A stretch of DNA of 64,000 bases from Deltaproteobacteria bacterium HGW-Deltaproteobacteria-13 (GCA_002840555.1 PHBJ01000005.1:570698-634697); one strand, 5' to 3'. Numbered from the stretch's first letter, positions 46,350 to 55,217 are shown. Made by a program: numbers and translations. Notes: a model not told the origin generated them from the letters alone.

Positions 46350-47504
46350 TTAATCGGAACATTTATAGAATTTTTTAATGTTCCCGGCAACGGAACGAAC
46401 ATCTTTCTCCTTCATTTCATGGTAAAGCGGCAGACGCAGCAAACAGTCGCTTACCTTCCGTGTAACTTCCAATGTCCCCGTCGTTCGTCCGTATAATTTC
46501 CCGGCGGGAGAGCTATGGAGTGGAACATAATGAAACAACGCTAGGATACCCTGTTCCCGCAAAAATTGAGCGAGGGCCATTCTTTCTTTCAAAGACCTGG
46601 TGATGATGTAAAATATATGACCGTTACTGCGGCAATCTGTATGAGTGAAGGGCAGCTGAATATAACCTTTTTCGGCTAAAGGCCGCAGAATCTCCATGTA
46701 CAAGGAATAGATCAAATTCCGCTGAGCGATAATCTGATCGGTGTTCTCCATCTGGGCGTAAAGAAACGCCGCGATAATATCGCTGGGCAGGTAAGATGAT
46801 CCGATATCAACCCATGTATATTTCTCAACCTGCCCGCGGAAAAAGCTGCTGCGATTGGTGCCCTTTTCACGGATGATCTCGGCACGTTCAACAAATTTTT
46901 CGTCGTTGACAAGCAACGCGCCCCCCTCTCCCGAAATGATGTTTTTAGTTTCGTGGAAGGAACACGCGCCAAGATGACCGATTGATCCCAGCTGACGTCC
47001 CTTGTAGGTCGACATGATGCCCTGCGCGGCATCTTCAATGACAAACAGGTTATGCCGCCTGGCGATATCCATGATCATATCCATTTCACAGGAGACACCG
47101 GCGTAATGCACCGGCACGATCACTTTGGTGCGCGACGTTATGGCCGACTCAATCAGTTGCTCATTCATGTTGAGCGTGTCAGGCCGAATATCAATAAATA
47201 CCGGAACGCCTCCCCGTAACACAAAAGAACTGGCTGTTGAAACAAATGTATATGAAGGCATGATGATTTCATCACCTGGGCGAACACCCGCCAGAATTGC
47301 CGACATCTCCAACGCCGCTGTGCAGGAATGCGTCAGGAGCACCTTACGGCAACCCAGGCGCTCCTCCAGCCAGGCCTGGCATTTTTTTGTGAAGGGACCA
47401 TCGCCGGCGGTATGGTGATTCTCCGTAACGGCCTGGGCAATGTAAAGAAGTTCCTTCCCGGCGATAAAAGGCTTATTAAAGGGAATCTTGATTTTATTAC
47501 TCAC
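46350..47504 (-). CDS. wecE: dTDP-4-amino-4,6-dideoxyhexose (WecE/RffA-type) aminotransferase, DegT family
   Basis: IPFNKPFIAGKEL, LLTHSCTAALEMSA, IIMPSYTFVSTASSFVLRGGVPVFIDIRPDTLNMNE and the PLP-lysine motif SFHETKNIISGEGG closely follow E. coli WecE. Confidence 0.85.
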   Translation of the reverse strand: MSNKIKIPFNKPFIAGKELLYIAQAVTENHHTAGDGPFTKKCQAWLEERLGCRKVLLTHSCTAALEMSAILAGVRPGDEIIMPSYTFVSTASSFVLRGGVPVFIDIRPDTLNMNEQLIESAITSRTKVIVPVHYAGVSCEMDMIMDIARRHNLFVIEDAAQGIMSTYKGRQLGSIGHLGACSFHETKNIISGEGGALLVNDEKFVERAEIIREKGTNRSSFFRGQVEKYTWVDIGSSYLPSDIIAAFLYAQMENTDQIIAQRNLIYSLYMEILRPLAEKGYIQLPFTHTDCRSNGHIFYIITRSLKERMALAQFLREQGILALFHYVPLHSSPAGKLYGRTTGTLEVTRKVSDCLLRLPLYHEMKEKDVRSVAGNIKKFYKCSD

Positions 47505-47577
47505 AATTCACTCTCTTTAGTTTACCATACAAAACAACAAACACTCTTGACCTTTGCCTTACGAATATCATCACCGG

Positions 47578-47892
47578 TCAATCCCGGATGTGCTCCGCGG
47601 GAATGCGCTCACTGCCAAACTCAATATCACTGAATAAAAATAGAGAGATATCCTTGCATAACTGGTCATTGATTTCAACAATTTTTCTGTTGCCCGACAG
47701 AAGAAGACTATACGTATTTATTGATTTTTGATTGTATTGCTTTACGATCATGCTGTGTGAAAAAACTGACGGCGGATATTTAATCCGGGAGGAAAAGAAA
47801 TCTTTTCCTTGTTGCAAAAATGAATACCATACGGTAGAAAAACATAAGGAATCATGGCATATTGCTTTCTTGGTCATGACAAGAGAATTCAT
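47578..47892 (-). CDS. Doubtful hypothetical ORF in the wecE-glmM divergent spacer
   Basis: 104-aa ORF with no recognisable motif and no Shine-Dalgarno sequence. Its start would lie 14 nt from the glmM start. Confidence 0.2.
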   Translation of the reverse strand: MNSLVMTKKAICHDSLCFSTVWYSFLQQGKDFFSSRIKYPPSVFSHSMIVKQYNQKSINTYSLLLSGNRKIVEINDQLCKDISLFLFSDIEFGSERIPAEHIRD

Positions 47893-47906
47893 CTCAGGAG
47901 AACACT

Positions 47907-49256
47907 ATGGGTAAACTATTCGGCACCGACGGCATCAGGGGAATTGCCAACCAATACCCCATGACAACGGAAGTTGCCGTAAATGTGGGACGGGCCATCG
48001 CCTGCCTTTCCAAGAAAAAAGGACATACGCCGCGTATCCTTATCGGCCGGGACACAAGGCTTTCCGGCGATATGTTTGAGGCCGCGATTATATCCGGCAT
48101 TTGTTCAATGGGTGTCAACGCCATTTCCGTCGGCGTAATTCCCACGCCGGGCATCGCTTTTTTAACTCAGGATATGCGCGCCGATGCGGGCATCGTTATT
48201 TCCGCTTCGCACAATCCCTCGCAGGATAACGGCATAAAAATCTTCAACGGCGACGGTTTTAAACTCTCCGACGAAAAGGAAAATAAAATCGAAGAGCTCC
48301 TCTTTGCAGACAACCTGCACAAACTCAATCCAACCCCGAAAGAATTCGGTAAATTATCCCGGTTGGATGACGCCACCGGACGTTATGTGGATTTTCTGAA
48401 AGCCACGTTCCCCAAGAATCTCAATCCGGAAGGAATGAAAATCGTTCTCGATTGCTCCAATGGCGCGACCTATCGCGTGGCACCCGAAGTTTTTGCGGAA
48501 CTTGGCTGTGAAGTCATAACTCTGTTCGACCAGCCTGATGGCAAGAATATAAATTTAAACTGCGGATCACAGCATACGGAAGCATTGGCCGCTGAAGTTT
48601 TGCGGCAGAAGGCTGACGCTGGTTTTGCCTTTGATGGCGACGGAGATCGGGTGATTGCCGTAGATGACAAGGGCAACATTCTTACCGGCGACCGGATGCT
48701 GGCCATCTGCTCAGTCATTTTGAAAAAAGAAGATCGACTGAAAAACAATTTTGTTGTCCGCACAGTGATGAGCAATCTTGGTTTGACCGTCGCTTTTCAG
48801 AAACTGAAAATTGATTCCGTGTTCGCTCCGGTTGGCGACCGTTTTGTGCTTGAAGAGATGCTGGCTCGCGGCGCTGTCATCGGCGGAGAAGATTCCGGCC
48901 ATCTGATTTTTCTGGATCATCATACTACAGGCGACGGTTTGATTACAGCCCTGCAGGTGCTAGCCGCGATAAAAAAGGAAAACAAGCCGCTATCGGAACT
49001 GGCACGCGTAATGGATGTTTTTCCGCAAATGCTTATCAACATTGATGTCAAAAGAAAGCCGGAAATAGAAACCATACCGGAAATCATGGCCGCCATTAAA
49101 AAGGCTGAAGAAGCGCTGGGTGATAAGGGACGCGTGCTCGTACGTTACTCCGGCACCCAGAACATGTGCCGCGTCATGGTCGAAGGCCCCACCAAAAAAG
49201 AAACCGAAACCCACTGCCGTAAGATCGCGGATGTGGTGAGAAAAATACTGGCCTAA
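47907..49256 (+). CDS. glmM: Phosphoglucosamine mutase
   Basis: MGKLFGTDGIRG N-terminus. Active-site loop GIVISASHNP. GDGDR metal-binding loop. AGGAG RBS. Confidence 0.95.
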   Translation: MGKLFGTDGIRGIANQYPMTTEVAVNVGRAIACLSKKKGHTPRILIGRDTRLSGDMFEAAIISGICSMGVNAISVGVIPTPGIAFLTQDMRADAGIVISASHNPSQDNGIKIFNGDGFKLSDEKENKIEELLFADNLHKLNPTPKEFGKLSRLDDATGRYVDFLKATFPKNLNPEGMKIVLDCSNGATYRVAPEVFAELGCEVITLFDQPDGKNINLNCGSQHTEALAAEVLRQKADAGFAFDGDGDRVIAVDDKGNILTGDRMLAICSVILKKEDRLKNNFVVRTVMSNLGLTVAFQKLKIDSVFAPVGDRFVLEEMLARGAVIGGEDSGHLIFLDHHTTGDGLITALQVLAAIKKENKPLSELARVMDVFPQMLINIDVKRKPEIETIPEIMAAIKKAEEALGDKGRVLVRYSGTQNMCRVMVEGPTKKETETHCRKIADVVRKILA

Positions 49257-49282
49257 ACAAAAGTAATTTTATTATCGCCCAC

Positions 49283-49311
49283 TTGACAGGTCATTTAACA
49301 GGTGCTATTAT
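49283..49311 (+). promoter_or_regulatory. Sigma70-type promoter of the TA operon (TTGACA-17-TATTAT)
   Basis: TTGACA at 49283-49288 and TATTAT at 49306-49311, with AAGGAGG and an ATG downstream. Confidence 0.6.
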
Positions 49312-49345
49312 TCGACCCGTTAATAGATCGTTAAGGAGGTTTTTT

Positions 49346-49624
49346 ATGCGATCACCTATCAAATATTCGGAAGACATTATTCCAATCACCGATTTAAAGA
49401 TCAATCCGGGTAAAGTTCTCCATCAGGTTGATAAAACCCGCAGACCGGTGCTCCTGACCAGCCGAGGCAGAGGCGTTGCCGTTGTGGAATCGGTAAAAGA
49501 TTACGAAGAAAAAGCAGAAGAACAGACATTCCTGCGCGGCGTTGTTCAAGGATTGATGGATATTGAAGAGGGCCGGGAAATAAGTCTGACGGAAGTTAAA
49601 AAAAGATTGGGTATGAGTAAATAA
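49346..49624 (+). CDS. Phd/YefM-family antitoxin
   Basis: IPITDLKINPGKVLHQVDKTRRPVLLTSRGRGVAVVESVKDYE is typical of Phd/YefM. Strong RBS. Lies 2 nt upstream of the toxin gene. Confidence 0.85.
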   Translation: MRSPIKYSEDIIPITDLKINPGKVLHQVDKTRRPVLLTSRGRGVAVVESVKDYEEKAEEQTFLRGVVQGLMDIEEGREISLTEVKKRLGMSK

Positions 49625-49626
49625 TC

Positions 49627-49932
49627 ATGCCGAAGAAAAGATCAATCACCTTTGCAATATCGGCATTTGATGATCTGGAATCTATCCGTGCCTGGTACAG
49701 GGATCAGCAACAGGTTCCTGAAGTGGGCGGCAGGTTAGTTAAGGAAATCATTTCGCAGATCGAAAGGCTTGCCGATTTCTCCGAAAGCGGCCGCGTTGTG
49801 CCGGAATTCAACATTGAAAATCTGCGGGAAATTATTTACGCGCCTTTCCGGATCGTTTATCGCCTCGACGGGAATAAAATAAAAATCGTCCGCATCTGGC
49901 GCAGTGAAAGATTATTAAAGATGTCTGAATAA
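49627..49932 (+). CDS. RelE/ParE-family toxin
   Basis: 101 aa. The ...YAPFRIVYRLDGNKIKIVRIWRSER C-terminal pattern is typical of ParE/RelE toxins. Confidence 0.85.
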   Translation: MPKKRSITFAISAFDDLESIRAWYRDQQQVPEVGGRLVKEIISQIERLADFSESGRVVPEFNIENLREIIYAPFRIVYRLDGNKIKIVRIWRSERLLKMSE

Positions 49933-49966
49933 GCAATGATAGTCGTTGCGGGGAAAAAATATTGGT

Positions 49967-49994
49967 GTCATTCCCGGACAAGCCGGGGAATGAC
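49967..49994. repeat. REP-like palindrome GTCATTCCCGGACAAGCCGGGGAATGAC
   Basis: The arms GTCATTCCC / GGGAATGAC are complementary. It shares CAAGCCGGGGAATGACAA with the copy at 50305-50332. Confidence 0.7.
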
Positions 49995-50052
49995 AAGATG
50001 ATACGTACTTTATTTTTAAAAAGTTGAATTCATCAGGAATACTGTTGAACCG

Positions 50053-50215
50053 GGGCATTCAATAAGCACTATGCCCGAAACGTCGTGGCTCAAGGCGTTA
50101 TGGAGCATCAGACAGCCGGACTGTTGAATCCGCAGGGTGAGTTTCCGGCTGTCGCGGAATGAGCCTTAGAGCCACAGTTGCAGGGCATCGGAGCGTTTGG
50201 ATGCCCCTTCAACTG
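50053..50215. ncRNA. Candidate structured RNA / hairpin array (unclassified; strand unknown)
   Basis: Four hand-checked helices. GGGCAT/ATGCCC (50053-58 / 50071-76). GTGGCTCAAGG/CCTTAGAGCCAC (50085-95 / 50164-75, one bulge), which encloses the perfect 10-bp GACAGCCGGA/TCCGGCTGTC (50111-20 / 50144-53). A helix of about 13 bp (50176-89 / 50200-14). Confidence 0.25.
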
Positions 50216-50268
50216 CATTACCTATGTTTAAAATTGGAATGACGAAAAAGAGTTTCACCCTCCCTCAG

Positions 50269-50332
50269 TCCCTCCCCTCAAGGGAGGGAAGAAGTATGAG
50301 GACTGGATTCCCCGGTCAAGCCGGGGAATGAC
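50269..50332. repeat. Two further palindromic units (TCCCTCCC-CTCAA-GGGAGGGA and GGATTCCCCGG-TCAAG-CCGGGGAATGAC)
   Basis: A perfect 8-bp hairpin at 50269-50289 and a perfect 9-bp hairpin within 50305-50332, immediately downstream of the thiolase stop codon. Confidence 0.7.
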
Positions 50333-50340
50333 AATAAGAA

Positions 50341-51702
50341 TTATTTTTCAACTTTAATTAACATGGCATCGCCTTGCGCGTGCCCGGAGCAAATGCCGCA
50401 GACGCCCCAGCCGCCGCCGCGACGCTTCAATTCATATCCTAACGTCATCGCTATTCTGGCTCCGGTCGCTCCGATGGGATGGCCGTAGGCCACGGCTCCG
50501 CCGTTGACGTTGACTCTCCTGAACATATCTTCTTTGGTCATGCCCAGAATGGAACGGCAGCTCACCAGCGCCACCGCGGCAAAAGCTTCGTTGATCTCAA
50601 TGATATCCATTTGATCAAGTGTCATATCGTTTTGCTCCAGAATCTTTTTGATGGCCAATCCCGGAACCGTTGCGATATCCTTGGTCGGCTGGGATACTTC
50701 GGCATAATCAACAATTGTAAAAATAGGTTTCAATCCGAGTTCATCGGCTTTTTCCCGGCTCATCAAAAGGCAGACATCGCCGCCATCATTGACACCGGGG
50801 GCGTTTCCGGCTGTGACACTGCCCGGTTGGCCTGTAACGGTGCTGATATGATTAAATACCGGCGGAAGTTTTGCCAGACCTTCCAGAGTTGTCTCCGGCC
50901 GCGGTCCTTCGTCTTTATCAAACACGACTACTTTTTTGCCCTGCCTGACTTCCACGGGAAAAATTTCAGCGTCAAGTTTGCCTTCATTCATGGCCTTGAC
51001 AGCATTCATTTGCGAGTTGAGCGCCCACTCATCCTGCTCTTCCCTGGTAAAGCCGAACTCGTCGGCCACTTCGGAGCCGTGAATGGCCATATGGCGGTTA
51101 TAGAAGGCGTCCCACAGTCCGTCATAAACCATCGAATCCACCACGCGGCCATTGGGCAGCGCCATTCTGGCGCCCCAGCGCATATCCGGCAGGACAAATG
51201 GACAATTGCTCATGCTCTCCTGACCGCCGGCAATGCAGATATCGGCGCGCCCCAGAAGAATCATCTGAAAAGCCAGGTCAATGGTTTTGATGCCGGATGA
51301 ACAGACTTTATTTACCGTAATGGAAGGAACGGATTCCGGCACACCCGCAAGAATTGTCGCCTGACGGCCGGGAATCTGACCGCAGCCGGCGGGCACAACC
51401 TGTCCCATAAAAATATAATCCACGTCAACGGGTTTTACCTTGCCTTCCGTACGGCGCAGAACTTCCTTAATCGCCAGCGCGCCCAGTTCCATTGCGGATA
51501 AATCTTTCAGCGCGCCGCCCGCTTTTCCGTAGGGCGTCCGGCAGGCTTCCACGCAAACCACTTCCCGGAATTTTTTATGCGGATTTTTTATTTTTCTTCC
51601 CATAGTCGTAAAGTCCGGCCTTCTTTGACCGAATTTCGCGATAGGCGCGTCTTTATAAATTTCTGATTTTTTTCTTTCCAGTTTTTGCGGCACTTTCGAC
51701 AT
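50341..51702 (-). CDS. Thiolase (acetyl-CoA C-acetyltransferase family) with a basic N-terminal extension of about 45 aa
   Basis: Active-site Cys region VNKVCSSGIKTI. NVNGGAVAYGHPIGATGARI. C-terminal CGICSGHAQG. An alternative start (MGRKIKNP...) is possible. Confidence 0.88.
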   Translation of the reverse strand: MSKVPQKLERKKSEIYKDAPIAKFGQRRPDFTTMGRKIKNPHKKFREVVCVEACRTPYGKAGGALKDLSAMELGALAIKEVLRRTEGKVKPVDVDYIFMGQVVPAGCGQIPGRQATILAGVPESVPSITVNKVCSSGIKTIDLAFQMILLGRADICIAGGQESMSNCPFVLPDMRWGARMALPNGRVVDSMVYDGLWDAFYNRHMAIHGSEVADEFGFTREEQDEWALNSQMNAVKAMNEGKLDAEIFPVEVRQGKKVVVFDKDEGPRPETTLEGLAKLPPVFNHISTVTGQPGSVTAGNAPGVNDGGDVCLLMSREKADELGLKPIFTIVDYAEVSQPTKDIATVPGLAIKKILEQNDMTLDQMDIIEINEAFAAVALVSCRSILGMTKEDMFRRVNVNGGAVAYGHPIGATGARIAMTLGYELKRRGGGWGVCGICSGHAQGDAMLIKVEK

Positions 51703-51971
51703 AAGATATCCTCCCTCACTATTCTATCAAATGAGTTTTAATTTTACAGGCACAATAAACATTTTTATATTTTTTAAAAGGTTTATTTTTTTTGCACATA
51801 GTCTTTTTAAAGTCAACTATTTTGGTCTTATTGTCAAACCAGCTGATTTAAAAGCAGTATTATGCTGTAATCCCGGGGGAAAAGCCGGCCATTCGTTTAA
51901 AGACAATAAGTTTGACGAAACTAAAATAATATTATAGAAATACCAAAATAAGAGTTACCGGAGGTATTACA

Positions 51972-52157
51972 ATGTTTGAAGGACTTTTTCAACCTATGCA
52001 CCTTTTAATCATCCTGGGCATAGTTTTGATTATTTTTGGCCCGGGGAAACTTCCACAATTGGGTAGTTCAATCGGCAAGGCAATCAAAGGGTTTAAGCAG
52101 GAAATGAACGAACCCGATAAAAAACCAGAGGAAGACGCCAAAAGAATCGCAAAATAA
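51972..52157 (+). CDS. tatA: Twin-arginine translocase subunit TatA/E
   Basis: 61 aa. TM helix LLIILGIVLIIFGPGKLPQLG followed by an amphipathic helix IGKAIKGFKQEM. GGAGG RBS. Confidence 0.9.
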   Translation: MFEGLFQPMHLLIILGIVLIIFGPGKLPQLGSSIGKAIKGFKQEMNEPDKKPEEDAKRIAK

Positions 52158-52187
52158 ACCGGGGGATTAGCAGCATTACACCTACTC

Positions 52188-52859
52188 ATGAAGAAAAACC
52201 TTCTCCTACGTATCCTGTTACTGCTTATCATAACCGGTCTGGCCGTTTACCTTTTTGTCCATTTTGACCTGATAAGATTCTTTCAGGATAGACATCAGGT
52301 CATAAAATTCATTAAATCCTACCCTTACGATGAACTGGTTTTTATTTTACTCCAGATCATACAGGTTGTGGCCGCGCCGATACCGGGAGAATTAACCGGT
52401 ATTATCGGCGGTTATTTGTATGGCCCGTTCTGGGGAACTGTTTATTCCACGATTGGTCTGACAATTGGTTCCTGGATTGCTTTCCTGTTGGCAAGATTTT
52501 TCGGCGAACCGCTCCTGGAGAAAGTAGTCAAAAAAGAAGTTTTTGAAAAATTCGAACATTTCATGGAACACAAAGGGCTTCTGGTTTCGTTTTTACTCTT
52601 TCTTATTCCGGGTTTTCCCAAAGATTATTTATGTTACATCATGGGCGTCAGCCTCATTCCCACGGGAACATTCATCATAATTTCCACTGCCGGACGAATC
52701 TTCGGAACAATGATGCTTTCTATTATAGGAGCCTTTGCCGTCAATGGACAGTACGTATTTCTGACGGTTATACTGGCTATCGGCATATTAGTTTCCATCC
52801 CGGCTTATTATTACCGCGACAAACTGATCGCTGTTCTAAAAAAGAGACGTAATATATGA
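52188..52859 (+). CDS. TVP38/TMEM64 (DedA-related) membrane protein
   Basis: 223 aa with 5-6 TM helices. VVAAPIPGELTGIIGGYLYG and LIPGFPKDYLCY are typical of the family. Confidence 0.8.
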   Translation: MKKNLLLRILLLLIITGLAVYLFVHFDLIRFFQDRHQVIKFIKSYPYDELVFILLQIIQVVAAPIPGELTGIIGGYLYGPFWGTVYSTIGLTIGSWIAFLLARFFGEPLLEKVVKKEVFEKFEHFMEHKGLLVSFLLFLIPGFPKDYLCYIMGVSLIPTGTFIIISTAGRIFGTMMLSIIGAFAVNGQYVFLTVILAIGILVSIPAYYYRDKLIAVLKKRRNI

Positions 52860-53890
52860 ATTTAACAGATAAGACAAAAAATGAAATTATCAAGAAGATG
52901 AAGGCCATCAGCCCTGCTGAAGCCTTGGAGCTTTTCATCGAAGCTTCGGGGAGCCCCTGGATGATCATGGCAGCGGCCTCTGAAATTCGGGAACACTTCA
53001 AAGGCAAAGAAATTATTCTCTGCGGCATTACCAATGCCAAATCAGGAAAATGCTCCGAGGACTGCATGTTTTGCGCTCAATCTTCACATTATAAAACGAA
53101 TGCGCTCTCTTATCCCTTGAAGGCGGCAAAGCAAATCATTGCCGATGCCGGCACGGCGGCAAAAAACGGAGCTGAATTTTTCGGCATCGTCGCCGGCGGC
53201 AAGCGATTGAACACGAAAAAAGAATGGAAGGAAATATTCAAAGCCATCGAAGGAATACGGGAAACCGGCCTCTTACCATGCGCCTCTTTAGGCATGATCG
53301 ATGTGGAGAAAGCGAAGGAACTTAAAGCCGCGGGGTTATTCCGTTACCATCATAATCTGGAAACAGCCCGCAGTTTTTTTAAATATATCTGCACCACGCA
53401 TGACTATGAAGAAGATATCGAAACAATTCGCGCGGCCTCGGCGGCGGGACTATCCGTTTGCGCCGGCGCTTTGATCGGTATGGGCGAAAGCATTTCTCAT
53501 CGCATCGAGCTTGCTGAAACATTGAGAGAATTGAATGTCGATTCCGTTCCTCTGAATATTCTCAATCCTGTCAAGGGAACGCCGCTGAGCCACATGAAGG
53601 GATTGCCGCCGATGGAAATCCTTATGACCATCGCCATCTTTCGCTTTATGCTGCCGGATAAGGATATCAAGCTTTGTGGCGGCAAGGAAAGAAATCTGCG
53701 CCAATTGCTTCCTTTGGGTATTTTATCCGGAGCAAATTCTCTCATGACAGGGAATTATTTAACCACGGCAGGCAGGGATAGTTCTCTGGACCACGAAATG
53801 ATTTTGGATTTGGGACTGAATCCCACGCGAATCCAATCAAAATGTAAATGCGATGCCGGGAAGATGAAGTCCTGCAAAACAAAAAAATGA
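52856..53890 (+). CDS. bioB: Biotin synthase
   Basis: Radical SAM motif CSEDCMFCAQS. YHHNLET. GALIGMGES. ATGA overlap with the upstream gene. Confidence 0.9.
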   Translation: MNLTDKTKNEIIKKMKAISPAEALELFIEASGSPWMIMAAASEIREHFKGKEIILCGITNAKSGKCSEDCMFCAQSSHYKTNALSYPLKAAKQIIADAGTAAKNGAEFFGIVAGGKRLNTKKEWKEIFKAIEGIRETGLLPCASLGMIDVEKAKELKAAGLFRYHHNLETARSFFKYICTTHDYEEDIETIRAASAAGLSVCAGALIGMGESISHRIELAETLRELNVDSVPLNILNPVKGTPLSHMKGLPPMEILMTIAIFRFMLPDKDIKLCGGKERNLRQLLPLGILSGANSLMTGNYLTTAGRDSSLDHEMILDLGLNPTRIQSKCKCDAGKMKSCKTKK

Positions 53891-53915
53891 TCTTCAGTAA
53901 AAGGATCCCTTGCCG

Positions 53916-55217
53916 TTATATTTGTCTTTTGTCCAGCACCCGCGAAATTTTTCCGTTCTGCCGTAAAAGACTTTTGGACTCAACCAGCCGGGCATCAACA
54001 TGAATGCCCGTTACCGAGGCTATGCGTTTCTTAATCGCTTCCAGAAAAGACCTCTGTTTTTGCAGTTCCAGAGAAAATATTTTATCCGTAACTTCAACGA
54101 CCACTTCCAGGTTGTCCATCGCGCCTTTTCTTTCCACGACAAGCTGATAGGGCGTTTCACCCTGCGCCACGCTAAATAGAGCGTCCTCGATCTGCGACGG
54201 AAAAACATTTACGCCCCTGATAATGAGCATATCATCGGAACGCCGCGTTATCTTTTTCATGCGTGCCAGAGTCCGGCCGCATTCACAGGGAGCATAATCG
54301 ATACGGGTGATATCCCCCGTCCGGTAGCGGATCATGGGAAAGGCTTCCCGGGTCAGTGTTGTCAGGACCAGTTCGCCCTCAGAACCTTCCGGCAATACCT
54401 TCTCCGTTTCGGGATCAATAATCTCCGGAATGAACGCATCTTCATAAATATGCAAACCTTTTTTACACGAACATTCGCCGGCAACGCCAGGGCCGATGAC
54501 TTCGGAAATACCGTAATTGTCGGTCGCGCTCAAAGACAGCCTGCTTTCAATTTCGTCACGCATTTTCTCCGACCACGGTTCTCCGCCAAAAAGCCCCACT
54601 TTCAACGAAAGAGACTTGGGATCAATACCCAACTGCTCTATACGATCCGCCAGAGCGATGGCGTAGCTGCACGTACTGACCAGCACCGTCGTTTTATAAT
54701 CCTGCATAATCATAATTTGCTTGTCCGTGTTGCCGGTGCCCATCGGAATAACCGACGCGCCAATGGCCTCCGCGCCGTAATGCACGCCGAAGGCTCCGGT
54801 AAAAAGACCGTAGCGGAAAGTTATCTGCACCACATCATCGTGTGTCACACCCGCGGCGGTCATAAAACGCGCCGCCAGATTAGACCATATTTTGATGTCG
54901 TTTTTCGTGTAACCCATTACGATGGGCTTGCTGGTCGTGCCGGAGGAGGAATGAATGCGCACCACTTCCCGGAGCGGCACGGCAAACATGCCGTAAGGAT
55001 AATTGACGCGCAGGTCTTCCTTCGTAGTAAAAGGCAGTCTGGTCAGATCGGATAAAGAGCGAATGTCTTCCGAAATGATGCCTGAATCGTTAAATATTTT
55101 CCGGTAATGCGTCACATTCTTGTACACTCTGTTGATTATGGCCTGAAGTCTTTCCAGTTGCAGCTGTTCGAGTTCATCCCGTGACATGCACTCATGGGTC
55201 TTATCCCAGATGTTCAT
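53916..55217 (-). CDS. paaK: Phenylacetate-CoA ligase family (PaaK-like) adenylating enzyme
   Basis: The MNIWDKTHECMSRDELEQLQLERLQ N-terminus is typical of PaaK. AMP-binding motif SSGTTSKP. YRTGD. Confidence 0.88.
   Translation of the reverse strand: MNIWDKTHECMSRDELEQLQLERLQAIINRVYKNVTHYRKIFNDSGIISEDIRSLSDLTRLPFTTKEDLRVNYPYGMFAVPLREVVRIHSSSGTTSKPIVMGYTKNDIKIWSNLAARFMTAAGVTHDDVVQITFRYGLFTGAFGVHYGAEAIGASVIPMGTGNTDKQIMIMQDYKTTVLVSTCSYAIALADRIEQLGIDPKSLSLKVGLFGGEPWSEKMRDEIESRLSLSATDNYGISEVIGPGVAGECSCKKGLHIYEDAFIPEIIDPETEKVLPEGSEGELVLTTLTREAFPMIRYRTGDITRIDYAPCECGRTLARMKKITRRSDDMLIIRGVNVFPSQIEDALFSVAQGETPYQLVVERKGAMDNLEVVVEVTDKIFSLELQKQRSFLEAIKKRIASVTGIHVDARLVESKSLLRQNGKISRVLDKRQI

Noticed and set aside
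49283-49345. The track start (TTG 49283) gives a 113-aa antitoxin.
   Set aside because: That TTG is the -35 hexamer of a near-consensus promoter. The ATG at 49346 is preceded by AAGGAGG and gives a 92-aa product, a typical size for Phd/YefM.
50085-50180. Cobalamin-riboswitch-like strings (TGAATCCGCAGGG and GCCACAG, close to the GCCACTG B12 box) in the hairpin-dense spacer.
   Set aside because: The B12 box is imperfect and the other conserved cobalamin-riboswitch segments are not recognisable. The region lies between two convergent stop codons, so there is no downstream gene to regulate.
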